From Vitrella brassicaformis CCMP3155 (Eukaryota; Protista; Chromerida): a stretch of DNA of 64,000 bases. The stretch spans positions 62,001 to 126,000 of the forward strand of contig CDMY01000206.1 in NCBI GenBank assembly GCA_001179505.1, in the 5' to 3' direction. Below are positions 23,893 to 35,915 of this stretch, one piece after another; position 1 is the stretch's first letter, and the number at the start of each line of letters is the position of its first letter. The notes under the pieces are model-generated. The model ran no database searches. It worked only from the letters and a program-made list of their open reading frames with translations, and was not told the DNA's origin. Made by a program: the position numbers and the translations under genes.

Positions 23893-25617
23893 TCAGTCGA
23901 TGCCCAGCGACACGAACAGTCCGGTCCTCAACAGACGCCCCAGCTGGCCCCACTCGAATTGGCAGTCCTGGTCGCCCAGGTGCTCGTTGAAGCCCTTGAT
24001 CACACCCACAACACCATGCTGCGCCGCCTCGTCCAGCCGGGCCCGATGCACCACCTCTCGCACGCCCACCACTTGCCCCCCGTTGCCAGCGGCACGAATG
24101 GCGAAGCACTGCAGCGGCGGCACGGTCACCTTGACGCGCTTGTCGCCCTGCTGCTCGTACCTCGTCTCGCCCACCGCCTCCCTGTTGCCGCTCGTCTGTG
24201 TGGCCGCCGACTTGACGAAGTGGTCCACGGCCGCCTTGACGCGACGTTTGAGCCCCGTGTCGAAGATGAGGTACTCGTCGATGGCCGCCCCGGCAGCGGA
24301 GGGCTCGTGCAGGAAGGCGCCGATCTTCCAGCCGATGCCCTCTGCCTCGTGTGGTCCGAATGCCATGTTGGATGGGGAGGGGTGGGGGTGGGCGCCGTCG
24401 TGGTGGGGGGCGAGGGGCAGCAGACGGGCGAGAAGCGTCGAGTGGTCGCGCTGGGGGGCGAGGGCGGCGTTGATGGCCGATATGACGACCTCGGACAGCT
24501 GGTTGAGCACCGTGGCGTACTCGGACAGCACCAGCTGGCGACGACGACGCTGCTCCTCTGTGGCGTTGGGCATGCGGCTGGTCGATGGAGCCGCCCCACC
24601 CTTCAACAGCGTCCGGATGGTGGTCTTGCACTCGCGGATGCGTCTTGAGCGCTGCTGCCCCTCTCCATCTTGTCTGATGAAGCGATCGAGCACAAAGGCG
24701 GCTGCCGCGAGGGGTGTCTCGTTGGGCTGGTTCGGCTTCCCTCTGTTGATGTCCTCGGCTGTGAGCTGGCGGCACAGCCAATCAGCCACACAGGGGAACG
24801 CACAGGCTGCCGCCATGTGCAGTGGCGTGCCGCCTGAGTGGTCAGTTGCCGCAAATTCGGCTCCGTGGCTGGTAATGAGGTCCAGGTAAGCGTCGATGAA
24901 CTGCTGGGAAAAGGCGGAAGGACGCAGAGCTGCCGAATACACCAGATTCATCCCACCGAACCGCTCCGCTGCGAGTGTGCTGTCGTGTTGGGCAAGTCTG
25001 CGGTACACCAAGATGAGCGCCGCCTCATACTCACGAGTGGCTGAAGGGGCAGCACCGTGGATGTGGGGAAGCTCCATTGCCAGAAAGCCCCGCACGTTGG
25101 CCTGGCGCGCCAGGAGGGTCTGCAAGGCCGTCAGATTGCCCGCCGCAACGGCCGCCCTGATGGGCCTGTCCACCCCCAGGTCCTCTCCGCCGCCCGCATT
25201 GACGGCCGCCCCGCCGTCGATGAGTGCATTGATGATGTCACCCTGCAGCTGGCGGGAGGACCACTGCGGCAGGGCGACGGACATCAGAGAGCCATAAGCG
25301 CCGCTCGCATAGAGGAATGGGTAGTTTGATGGACAGTCGATGGCGAAAGGCAGGCAGCTGTATCGAAAGAGAGGGGGACGTGTGGCGCCGCGGACACGAA
25401 GGCCGCCGATGGCTCCCGGGTCAGCTCCTTGACGTATCAGCTGTGTGAGTTGGTCTTGGTGAGTGAAGGCGCGGCGAATGCAGCCCTCCAGCAGCCGTTG
25501 GCTCACGGGACTGACGCCCTCGTCGGGGATGATGTCGACGTCATCCAGCGTCCTGCAGCCGGGCGGCACCGCCTGTGTGTGAGGCCCTTCTGATGCGGCA
25601 GACGACGACTGCCCCAT
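23893..25617 (-). CDS. Intronless ankyrin-repeat-like protein of a lineage-expanded family
   Basis: Uninterrupted 574-aa ORF with ankyrin-like units IINALIDGGAAVNAG..RPIRAAVAAGNLTALQTLLARQANV, GGTPLHMAAAC and NETPLAAAA..TIRTLLKGGA. Confidence 0.8.
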   Translation of the reverse strand: MGQSSSAASEGPHTQAVPPGCRTLDDVDIIPDEGVSPVSQRLLEGCIRRAFTHQDQLTQLIRQGADPGAIGGLRVRGATRPPLFRYSCLPFAIDCPSNYPFLYASGAYGSLMSVALPQWSSRQLQGDIINALIDGGAAVNAGGGEDLGVDRPIRAAVAAGNLTALQTLLARQANVRGFLAMELPHIHGAAPSATREYEAALILVYRRLAQHDSTLAAERFGGMNLVYSAALRPSAFSQQFIDAYLDLITSHGAEFAATDHSGGTPLHMAAACAFPCVADWLCRQLTAEDINRGKPNQPNETPLAAAAFVLDRFIRQDGEGQQRSRRIRECKTTIRTLLKGGAAPSTSRMPNATEEQRRRRQLVLSEYATVLNQLSEVVISAINAALAPQRDHSTLLARLLPLAPHHDGAHPHPSPSNMAFGPHEAEGIGWKIGAFLHEPSAAGAAIDEYLIFDTGLKRRVKAAVDHFVKSAATQTSGNREAVGETRYEQQGDKRVKVTVPPLQCFAIRAAGNGGQVVGVREVVHRARLDEAAQHGVVGVIKGFNEHLGDQDCQFEWGQLGRLLRTGLFVSLGID

Positions 25618-26148
25618 GACGCCAAGCGACTACAAGCGACACTCCTGCACACACAGATACAGATCACACAGTCACGCGCCAGTAGACCACCCCAAGCCGA
25701 CGCCGATTGTTTTAGAGACCCTTCTTACCCTAACTCCCCATGAGAATTGCGAGTGTGCGTCGGCCCGCAGATGGATAACCCCGGCTATAGCCTCATTGGT
25801 TTCTAAACAGCGAGCATCTGCACCGCAAAAGGTCGAGCACATGGTACGCAAAGGATCACAGGTCATCGGAAGACAACGAGGGCACAGAGGGCACAAAGCA
25901 TGCGACGAGTGCATTGCAATGCATCTTTCTGGCTGCAGGACGACTGCAGGGTGCCCGTCAGAGTGTGCAGTGGACGGTCAGAAGCCTCGGATGCATCCGG
26001 TGAGGCCAATCGCGGCCCGAGGGGCGGACAGTTCTTGATTCGACCAAGGCAGCAGCCTGACAAGGACAAGTGAGAACACACGCACATTCACCCACACCGT
26101 ACTGTCTGTCTGCAGCGTGATCTGTATGTGTTAATATCCATCAGAGAG

Positions 26149-27905
26149 GGGGTGCCCGAGAAGGCTGGCGTGAGGCATGACGAGCGACGGGCCGACAGGC
26201 TGTATCGGCGGGGCCACTGCTGCGGGGAGGAGGACACAGACAGGTATGGCGGACGTACGTCCATTGCTGTGTGTATCGCCCACTTGTTCTTTTGCTCTGA
26301 TGCTCCCTTCCCCAAGCAGGTGTCCGCCAGTGAAGTGTTCGGTGGATGGCGGTGCCCGGCTGCTGCCGACCTTCTCACGGAACTTGCCACCGCAGCATCG
26401 TAGTCACGACACTGACCGAAGCAGCCCAGCCACGAGGCGATACGATCTGCACAGGGTGGGTGAGCTGAGAAGACCCACACAGAGAGAGGATCCATCCAAC
26501 CCCACATCCATCCAACCCCACACTCTCCCCTCGACTGTCTGTCTGTCGGTTCTGTCAGTCTATGGTGGATGGGGATTCTGTGGGAGGTCATAACGGCCAG
26601 CCCGACCCCGGCATCTGGCGTCGAGACGCCCATGACGATCCCGACCATACAGCAGCCGAGGACGACTGCTATCCCCCGTCCCCCTCCCTGCCCTCACCCG
26701 CCCCCATCAGCCCCCGCCCGTCCAGCGTTGGCTTCTCCAAACCCATCCTGCCGGGCTGCAGCCACCCGCAGCAGGAGATAGACAAGGAGGGAGGGGAAGG
26801 CATCGATGACGGTCCTGGCGTCTTTGAGAGGGTCATGGGGAGGCATGCTCACGACCGACCAGGGCCACCCATGGCAGCGGCGTGGGCGGCGAAAGGAGGT
26901 CTGTTGCATCGGTCTCAGGTCAATAAGGAGGGCGTGATGTGGGCAGTTGCGCCAAAGCACAGGAGAATGGAGCGGGAGGGCGGCCACGTGCAGCAGATGC
27001 ACAAGGGGCGGCTCGACAGAGACGAGGTTACTCTCGGACCCAGCGCGACTAAGGCCTCCCTCCGTCATGCAGCCTGCCTCACCGTCCGGTCCGCGCTTCG
27101 TGCTGCCGCCATCCGGCACCTGGCGGGCGCCTTCATGCGGCTGCGCGTCCACACACACTCAGGATTGGGTGGCGCGGACGCGGGGTTTGTAGAGCCGATG
27201 AACAGCGCATGTGTCAAACAGGTAGGTGAAAAACACGCCGCACATCATCGCACACACACGGGCATAAAGACACACCCAGATATGTCGCTGCCTCCTGTCT
27301 TATTTGTTTCTGTCAGTTGTCGACTTTCCCGGCAAGAGACCAACGCGCAGCAGGCCCAGTGGCTGACCAGCAACCGGCAGCTGACGCCACATGGTCAGGC
27401 CCTCCGGCCCATGCGCAGGAGGTGATGCGGGAGGGGCAGCTGTGGGGTGGTGGTGTCGATGAGGATCCTTCGGGAAGTGCCGACCACATGCAGAACATCA
27501 TTGGAATCGAGGTCGTGAATGGGCAGGTGATCAAGAGGGAAGTACGGTCACCGGCACCTCCCCCTCCCGCCACAGGGGCCCCTGCACGGACTCCATCCCG
27601 GCACGGCACGGCCACGTCTCGCCCGAAGCGCAACTTCATCCAAGAGAACATGATAGCCGTTGCTGCTGTGAGGGTATGTGAGGGGCAAGAAGGGCAAAGA
27701 GCAGAAGAGCTGTGCTGCTACAGGAAGGTACGTCAGTGCATCCAGCTGAGTCAGACAGGGAAGCCGACACCTCTCATCATTTGCCTGTGTCTTGTGTTTC
27801 GATCCGCTGATGCAGAGTGGGGCCGAGGCCACACGGCCGGAGGTGACACAAGACGCCACGGATCGACAGACGTGTGTGGTGGTGGGGACCAATGGGGGTG
27901 AGTAG
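26149..27905 (+). CDS. Uncharacterised low-complexity multi-exon protein; 5' end unresolved, probably further upstream
   Basis: Phase-compatible exons EGVPEKAG..EEDTDR|CPPVKC..YDLHR|SMVDGDSV..LHRSQ|..|..VNSACVKQ|LSTFPARDQ..KRNFIQENMIAV..YRK|SGAEATRPE..*, separated by microsatellite-bearing GT-AG introns. Confidence 0.45.
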
Positions 27906-28052
27906 TGATGCGATTTCATTCGCCTCGCCACTTGCTGCATGTTGATGCGTGGACGCGAGAGCCGTGTAATTTACACTTGACAAACGACTCTTTTGACCCA
28001 CCAACCACGCGCTTCGACTGTACGTGCTGGTGGTCGTGGTTGACAAACATAC

Positions 28053-28496
28053 ATGACGAGCATCGTGTCGGAATCCGACGTGGAGGTTGGGTCTTGGAAC
28101 CGGCCCATCGACGAGGGCGACATCTGGCGCGTCCTGACGCTCTGGACGGCCCTGTTCGTGTGCTCATGCTACCTCATTGCTGGCGTCCGGGCGGTGGTAG
28201 CGATGCGACTGTTCACCAAGCTCATCGAGGGGGCGTCAGTGCTGCTCCTGTTCGTGTCGTACGGCCTCGTGATCGGCATCGTGGCCTCGATGACCATCTC
28301 AGCGTTGATAGCGGGGATGCACATCTCCATCCACCTGACCATCAGATACTCCACGGGCATCCTCTACTCTGCTCTGCAGGTGCGTGAGGGGATCAGGGGG
28401 CAACAATTGATGCAGGATTATTGGTGGTGAGGTTTGGCTGTTGTGTTGATGTGTGTGCAGGCGGGGCTGATTCTATGGTTTCAGAGTGGCATGTAG
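28053..28496 (+). CDS. TMEM170: TMEM170-like small multi-pass membrane protein; 1 intron
   Basis: Three hydrophobic segments IWRVLTLWTALFVCSCYLIAG, ASVLLLFVSYGLVIGIVASMTISALIAG and GILYSALQ|AGLILWFQSGM*; the W..LW..AG / SALIA / Q pattern fits TMEM170. Confidence 0.55.
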
Positions 28497-28716
28497 GCAG
28501 CTGCTCGACATTGATGGATGAGTGCATGATCTGATCAAAAAAAGAATGGTCATTCGTCGTGTCGTGTCTGTCCATTCGTCCATTCAATGTCTCGAGGGTG
28601 TGTATCTTCGCTGCATGGACACATTCGCCAACGCCTTCTCAATCACACCTGCAGGACACACACATTGACACACACACATTGACACACACAGCGTCATGCA
28701 GAGAGTCTCACACACC

Positions 28717-29234
28717 TCATGCCGCGTGCAGACTTGGTTTGTCCTCCTTCTGATTGAACTTGTGCTTGCCTGCCTCATTCTGCACATGACAAGCACAGAG
28801 ACACAGACACTGAGATGTTCTATCTGTCTGCTCAATCATGCTGACATTGGTTGTCGTCTCTTCCTCATCATGCTAAGGACGAACACAGAGACAACAAGAC
28901 AAACCAAACAATGTTCCGTCTCTGTCTGTCTGTCCGCCTCTTGCTCAGTGACTGCCCCCTTGATCACTCGGTTCTTCTGCTCGATGACCTGAAACAAACC
29001 CACGTGTATCACACATCCAAATGTCATGTGCCTGCATACCTGAGGCGCCTCGACGCTCGGCTCTGCGACCGCTGATGCGCCCTTTTCATCGGAAGGCATT
29101 GCGTAGGGGTCTGTGAGTGGACTCTCAGCCATGAGCAGGCGAAGACGGCGCATCTGACTGCTCTCTGATGTGGCAGCCAGACAGGCAGAGAGAGCCAGTG
29201 CCAGTTGCAACAGCAGGACGACAATCACACGCAT
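28717..29234 (-). CDS. Small secreted protein of unknown function; about 4 exons
   Basis: Clear signal peptide MRVIVVLLLQLALALSACLA followed by ATSESSQMRRLRLLMAE; the downstream exon junctions and stop are tentative. Confidence 0.5.
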
Positions 29235-29397
29235 GGCTGTCCCGATCGGTTGATTGATTGATTGTTGATTTGGTTGTTGATTGATTGGTTGATATCTGTT
29301 TGTCCACGCTCAATGAATGAAATACGTACGTACGCACAAATACACACAATACAGAGGTACGTAGGACACAACGATCAACGGCTGGCTACTCAGTCAG

Positions 29398-32300
29398 TCA
29401 CATCACACTGCCAGCGGCCTTGAGATAGTCTCGCCAAGCCTCCAGCACAATCGCGCTCGTATCGACAGGACCGGGGTGGTGCGACGATGCCAGTCGATGA
29501 ATCGCAATAGCGAATGGCACCGACAGCACATCCGCCTGGATGCTCGCCACAGCAACCAGCGACTGCGACAGCTCTCGGTCCACTGCTGACGCGTCAAGGT
29601 ACTCGTGCACAGAACCCCACAGCCCACACCGCCGGCTCAACGGGAGGCTTCGCATCAGCAGCCGACAAGTCGCATGGTCGTTGAGGACCAATCTGCAGAA
29701 AAGTGGCAGACAGACCCAAGGGAAGTGGAGGCAGGTGGTCGTGATGCATCCTGTGCGCCTCCTTTGTTGGTGTACCTTCTTGCTTCGAGCGGCATGCAGG
29801 CTCGTGTGAAGCTAAGCACCAGCTTTGCGAGCATCTCATCGCACAACGACACCTGAAGACAGACACCGACAGACAACACACTCGTGTCTGCTGCAGGCAA
29901 CCCTGACTCAGCTGGTCTTCCATTCACTGACCTCGTTGAAGACCCCCAGCACCTTCTCGCACAAGTCAGCCACGCTCTTGCTGTCGGATCCCGGCAAGTC
30001 AGCCTCACGCCCCCCAGCCACACCCTCTTCGCCGTCACAGCCGCCCTCTTCCGATGGCTCGTCAGCCTGCCGGCCGCACGTTGCACACAGCGATGTGACG
30101 ACAGTGTCCCATGCCCGCCTCGCCCTCAGCGCATCGGCTTGCTCGGCCGGCCACAGACGTTTCTCAATGCGGCAGATGCTCGACGCCCAGCCGTGTACTC
30201 GCTCGTCAGCCAAGAATGATGCAGAGCCCTCAGCGCCTCCCTCTGTCGACGCCCGGCACACGTAGAAGCCGCATAGCGACGCGAGCAGCTCCACACGCAG
30301 CACATAAGGCCGGAGGGGCAGGAGGACCGCCTCAGAGATTAGACCTGACTCCATTATTGCAGCGAGACAGTCCAGAGAGGGGACACAGCCAGCGAGAGCA
30401 ATGAATGAGAACATGCCGGTGACGCCGTCGAAGGCCGCTGCTGTGGACAAGGACGAAGCTGCGCCACCCGCACACACGGCCGGGAGGTGCAGCAAGGCCC
30501 CAGGCTGCTGCACGAGGAGCTGACAGCAGCTCGTTATGGTGGACATCGAGCTGCTGGTGGCGAGAGCCGCTGCTGCAGCCGATCGAATCACGTCCATGCT
30601 GGCTGAGTTTGAGGAGGGGTCGGATGAACGCTGCCGCATTGCCGTCAGCAGGAACTGTCCACATGTGAGGAGCAGCGTCGCCAGCACCTCGGCGGGGGCG
30701 CAGACGAGTGGCACCTTTAGAGACAAGACGCCACACGAGGCCTCCTCCCAGAAACCCGCCTTGACGAGGACACGGCGCCTCCGCGACATCACCTGGGCGA
30801 CCTGCACCAGGCATTTGACGGCATCCTTCAGCCGCATCTTCTCAGCCACGTTATCCAGATCCGCCACGCAGGCCAAACCGATGGCTGTGAGGATCTCCTG
30901 CCTCTGACCGGCGCCTCCGTTGGTCACAGGGAAGGTGTGGACCATGTCGATGGCTCGGATGCATTCGCACAGAAAGGCCAGTCGCAGCATGAGGTGCTCG
31001 CCGGCAGACAGAGGGCCCGATGAGGCAACCAGATGGGGGAAGGGAAATGCGGGAGTCAGCCACCCTCCTTCAGTAGCCACGCCGATCAGCTCCTCAGCCA
31101 GTACATCCGCACGCGTGCTGTTGATCCACGTCATGTCGAGCATGCTACTCTCCATCAGACGAGCGACGATCTCCCTCGCGGAGCAGGCCACCCTGGCTGA
31201 CAGCTCCTGCTGGTCGCTCTGCAGCCACTGCACCTCCAGAGCTGTCAAGCCGTCGGTGTCAGCACCACTGGGGGCCTGAGCGGTGGCCATAGTGCGGGAG
31301 ACAGCGACGCTCTGACAGAAGAAGCGAAGGGCTTCCGTGAGGATGTGGATCACTGGTGTTGTCAGGGGCAGCGGGTACAGCTTGGATATGACCCTGACAG
31401 CCGCGCTGACGGGACGGAGAATGGCTGTGGCCTGACAGGAGGAGACCAGAGAGCGCATCGAATGACGTCTGTAGGAGCGAGTGATATGAGTGATATCAGT
31501 GGATTCGTACCTTAAGGCCGACCTCTTCAGTTCCCACAAGAGAGGCCGCAAAACGGAACACCTGGGCAGCAACAGCTCCCTCACGAGCAAGCAACCCTTC
31601 GGAAGAATTGCTGCCCGCAGCCATTTCCATTTGTCCAATGGTCCGCGTCAGGAATGCGTCGAGGATGGGGAAGAAAGCGTCGAAGTCCTCAACGAAGAAG
31701 CCCGACCGACCCATGAAGCTCCACAGACGGAGGGCCTCGCACGCAGCCGATATCTCGGCCGCCGAATGCGCAGAGTCGTGCTGCGCTGTGCCGGATGGGA
31801 CATCGAGCACCTGGAGGGCAGACTGGCGGAGCAGGGGCATGATGTTCCCTCCTTCACGCAACCATTTGTCAGCGGCTGACTTGTCTCCCACCTGCACGAA
31901 TGCACAAGACGACAATAGACGTCGATTCCCTCGGTCCCTGCTACTCTCGACTTACTTGCAGGGACGCGCGAATGAGAACCAAGGTGTCCGCACGGAGCCT
32001 CTGGACCCCTTCTCTCCACTTTTGCGCAGCACTCTTGTCGCCCTCCGTCTTCCTTGACCAGGAATGCGCCTGCCGCTTCGCCCACTCATCCCTCCCCTCG
32101 GTCAAGGACGCCACCAGATGCACAACGCACTTCCACAGCCGCTGATGGCCGAGCACCTGCTGCACGTACTCGGGCGTCCGATGACACACCGCCGTCATGA
32201 CACGGACACAGCTGGACTCCACTGTGGGCATTGACCCGTCGCTGATGGACGCCATGAGTGACGCAAGCTGGTCCAGCAGCCCTGCACGATCCACCAGGCC

Positions 32301-34119
32301 GTTGATGAGGTCATCGGCCAAGACGTCTCCATGAGTGGCGTCGGGGTCCTCGCTAAGACGGGACACATAGGACGACTCAGGTGGCCGGTCGGCGAGCTCT
32401 CCTGTGCTGATAAGACCACCGATCGCCTCCTGAAACAACTCCGGACCACACCTGCGCCGTCGTGCCTCGGGCCAGTCACGGCAGGCATCAAAGCCAAGCT
32501 CCTCATACGTGTCAAATGCATGCATCCCTTGCCAGCTGATGGGCAGCTGGGCCATGTCCGAGCCGCTGAGGGGAATGAGCGAGTCGGGGTCTTCGGGGGT
32601 CTCCTGGGGACGGCCGAGAAGAGCGGCGAGCGCTTCGATGGCGAGAGCTTTAATGGGCAGGATCTGCTGGCTGAGGAGGCTGGAAAGCTTCCAGGGGATG
32701 CAGAGGGTCTCAACCACATACCTGCACGATGCCACAGGCAACCAAATGAGTCGATCTCTCATGCTCTCCTTCAGCTGCAAACTGCTGTGGCGTGCGTTAG
32801 TTACCTCATCCATCGGTTCCACCCAAACCCGAATCCACAGGCCCACTCAGCATCAGCGGCCATCCCGTCCTGTGTGCCCGATGGATGCACAGGAACCCTC
32901 TTCCTTGCGTTGCCCAGCACAGCAGCCAGCGTCTGAAGCGCCACTCTCCGCTGCGACGATGCCGCACTGCGCGCCAGGTGCAGCAACTCATTGAGCGTGT
33001 AGCCGGGCAGACTCGGATCCTCCCCGTGGTGATGCAGACCGCGATAGTAGAAGAGCGGATCGCTGCTCTCGTCCCGATGCTGCCCGTCGTCGGTTCGCCT
33101 CAAGTCGGTGCACAGCTGTCCCTTGAAGTCGAACCGAAGATGGTGGAGCTTTAATACTGCCGTGGCCGCCTTGCCCTCTCCCGCGCTCTCTTCCGCCTCC
33201 TCGGTGAGGGGGAAGTTCTCCTCGGGTGCGGGCGGGTTGGTCCACTCGAGTCGAGCGACGTCAGAGGGCGTCAGGTGCCCCAAGCCAAATGTGCCACCAG
33301 AGATGTCGAACTTAACGAATGGCTCCGCCGCCGCACGAGCCGGCTCGGACGCAGGGCTTGGCACATCCGCCTGTCGTCTCTCCGCTGGTGCCGGCTGTCG
33401 GTCTTCAGTGCTGCCGGCAGCCCCTCTGTTTCTCAGGGCCTCATACGCCGACTGAGGGAGCATCTTCCGCAGCGACTCCTGCGCCTCCCGTATCTCGTCT
33501 GCGGACATCTGCTCGAGTGCCCTCAGGTTGTCCCGCTCCATCTGCCGCGCAAACTCCTCCCCCTCGGCCTCGACGACGCCGCGAGACAGCCGCGGAGGGA
33601 CTGGCTTGGGTGGTGGTGGTGGCGGCCCTGGCTGGGCCTTCGGCTTCGCGGCCAATGAGCGGTGCACCGGCTTGGGGAAGCCACTCTCCTGCAACATCAA
33701 ACAGAAAGTGGCACTGTCTGTCTGTCTGTCTGTCTGTGGTTCCATCTCTCGCTCACCGGTATGTCGGGTATGAATGGCTTCGGTGCCTCCGATGCAACAG
33801 CCTCGTCGCCAGGAGTCGGGAAATGCTCCACGATGGTGTCCCGAATGACGGCCGACATGTCCTCACCATCGTTTGTTTCCTCGAGGCCTCGCAACTCAGG
33901 CTCCCTCTCGATGACCGCCCCCCTCTGCCTCTGATCCTCCCTCTCCTTCATCTTGCGCTCCCGGAACAGCGAGATCTTCTTGCCGCCTGTCCGCTCCATG
34001 TGAGCTGATGGCTCACGCCGCTGCTGCATGAAGGTCTGCTGCTGCCGAAGCAGCTCATCAAAGGACGAATCATCATCGCCGCGACGCGGCTCTTCGCGAA
34101 GACCTTTCATCGGATGCAT
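29398..34119 (-). CDS. RPAP1: RNA polymerase II-associated protein 1 (Rba50/IYO family); multi-exon
   Basis: GFPKPVHR; ERDNLRALEQMSADEIREAQESLRKML..EALRNRG (RPAP1_N); ARLEWT; LRFDFKGQ; RGLHHHGEDPSLPGYTLNELLHLARSAASSQRRVALQTL (RPAP1_C); long helical C-terminus. Confidence 0.92.
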
Positions 34120-34463
34120 GTGGCAAGGCAATTCCGACGTCCTCAAGGTCCTCACAGCCAGTCAATTCGCACGTCAATCAGCGCACACAATGTGCAAGCT
34201 TCGAGTTCCTCAAGCGTGTGCGGCTCTTATGCTTGAATGGCAGAGAGAGACAGCACGGCTCTAGTGTCTCCGGGGGGAACGTCCTGAGAGCCGCTGCCGT
34301 GTGTCGCAGCGAGCTAATGAAGCCCTGTGACGTTTTGCACCTCATGTGCGAACGATCCCATGCGCAAGCAACGGCGAAGGGAGGCAGGGATGAGCCTCTT
34401 TCTTGCCGCCCTCAGATTTTGGGCTCAGCTCGCAGACGTGAAAAGAAGGCAATTTCTCAGGAA

Positions 34464-35915
34464 ATGGCAGAGAGCGCGACAGCATCAGCTCGTGGGCAAG
34501 ACGCCGAGGTGGCGGCGGCGGCGGCGGCGGCAGACGGCAGCAGCACCTCAATGCTCCCCAGCTCCGTCGCAGCGTGCGAACAAGCACTGCACAAGTAAGC
34601 AGGTTCCAACCAAGCCACACACCACACCCGTGCACTGCACACAAAGTCGAAGGTGCACGTGCGTGGCTGTTCAGGTTCAGATCAGCGTATGAGGAAGTGC
34701 AGGTGGCCATCCAGGCGCTTTGCCAGGAGAACGAGACGCTCAGACGCCAACGAGACGAGCAGACGCGCCGTGTGGAGCAGATCCGCGACCTCATCTCCTG
34801 TGACTCAAACCCGGCCCCTCTCAAACGGGCGCGGACCGTCGCCGCAGTTCCTCTGTAAGCAAGGGGGGGAGATCGAGGGGAGGGAGACCAGGCGCACCGC
34901 ACCGCACCGTCTGTATGTCTGGCTGTCTTTCGGCGTGTGTGATGCTGATGATGCCTGTAGGGCCGAGCCGTCCCCTCTGCTGCCTCATATAGCTCGTCAC
35001 CAGTCAGATATACCCCAGCCGAGCCAGTCTATCGTTCCTGAGACCCAGACCCACCCGAGGCAGCAGAGGGATGAGGAAGACCAGCACGGCGCGGCTCGCC
35101 CACCCCTGTCGGACACGTCAACCCCACCATCGGACCACCACACACAGCAGACACAGCAGACACAGCAGGCGCAGCCGCCAGCACCATCATGCAAGGGGCC
35201 TCGCGAGGGCGCTGCGGAAGAGAGAGCTGGCGAGTCGGGTGACGAGCAGCGTGCCGCCACGGCAACGGGGGTTGCGGCAGGGAGGGATGAGGGCTGCCAT
35301 GGTGCCCAAGGGCATCAGCATGAGGGCTCCTCAGAGGGCGACCAGTCGCTGGAGCCAGAGGAGAAGATAAGCCACTACAGCGGAGGGGGGGTGACCGATT
35401 GGGCCAGGATGGACGACGCCTCTTTAACGGAACTGCTCACAAGGACAAAGGATGATCTGGCGGACAAACTGCAAAAACAGGTGGGTGTCCAGCCCACACG
35501 AGGGGGGAGAGGAGAAGCTAACCACGCTGTCTCCGTTCTCACGTGGGGGTGTCTACTTGTTTGGTTTGCAGGAGTATGATGGCATGCTGTCAGCACTGGA
35601 CACCCTAAGCGGGCAGCTCGCCAAGATAGCAGCCGAGAGGCTCGAGGGCCTCCTCAAAGTAAGCGACACCACACAAACATCCACACACACAGCCCCACAG
35701 ATCGGCCGGCCGACTCTCCTCTCCATCTGTTCACGGCTCCTTGTTTCCTCCGTGTGTGTGTGCAGCGTTCTGATTTGGGCCGGGCCTTGAACCAACGGCT
35801 CAAGAAGGCGGGCAACGAGCAGGTCAAGGATCGCAGCAAGGAGCTGGTGTCGGAGCTCATGACCCGTATCAAGGGCTGCCGAGACACCCACACACATCAT
35901 GATGCCAACGACTGA
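34464..35915 (+). CDS. Uncharacterised protein with N-terminal coiled coil and C-terminal TFIIS-N/Med26-like helical bundle; about 5 exons
   Basis: FRSAYEEVQVAIQALCQENETLRRQRDEQ coiled coil; C-terminal ALDTLSGQL..LEGLLK|RSDLGRALNQRLKKAGNEQVKDRSKELVSELM resembles the TFIIS-N pattern L..T.iG..vn.Lrk..v...a..Li. Stop TGA at 35913-35915. Confidence 0.5.
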
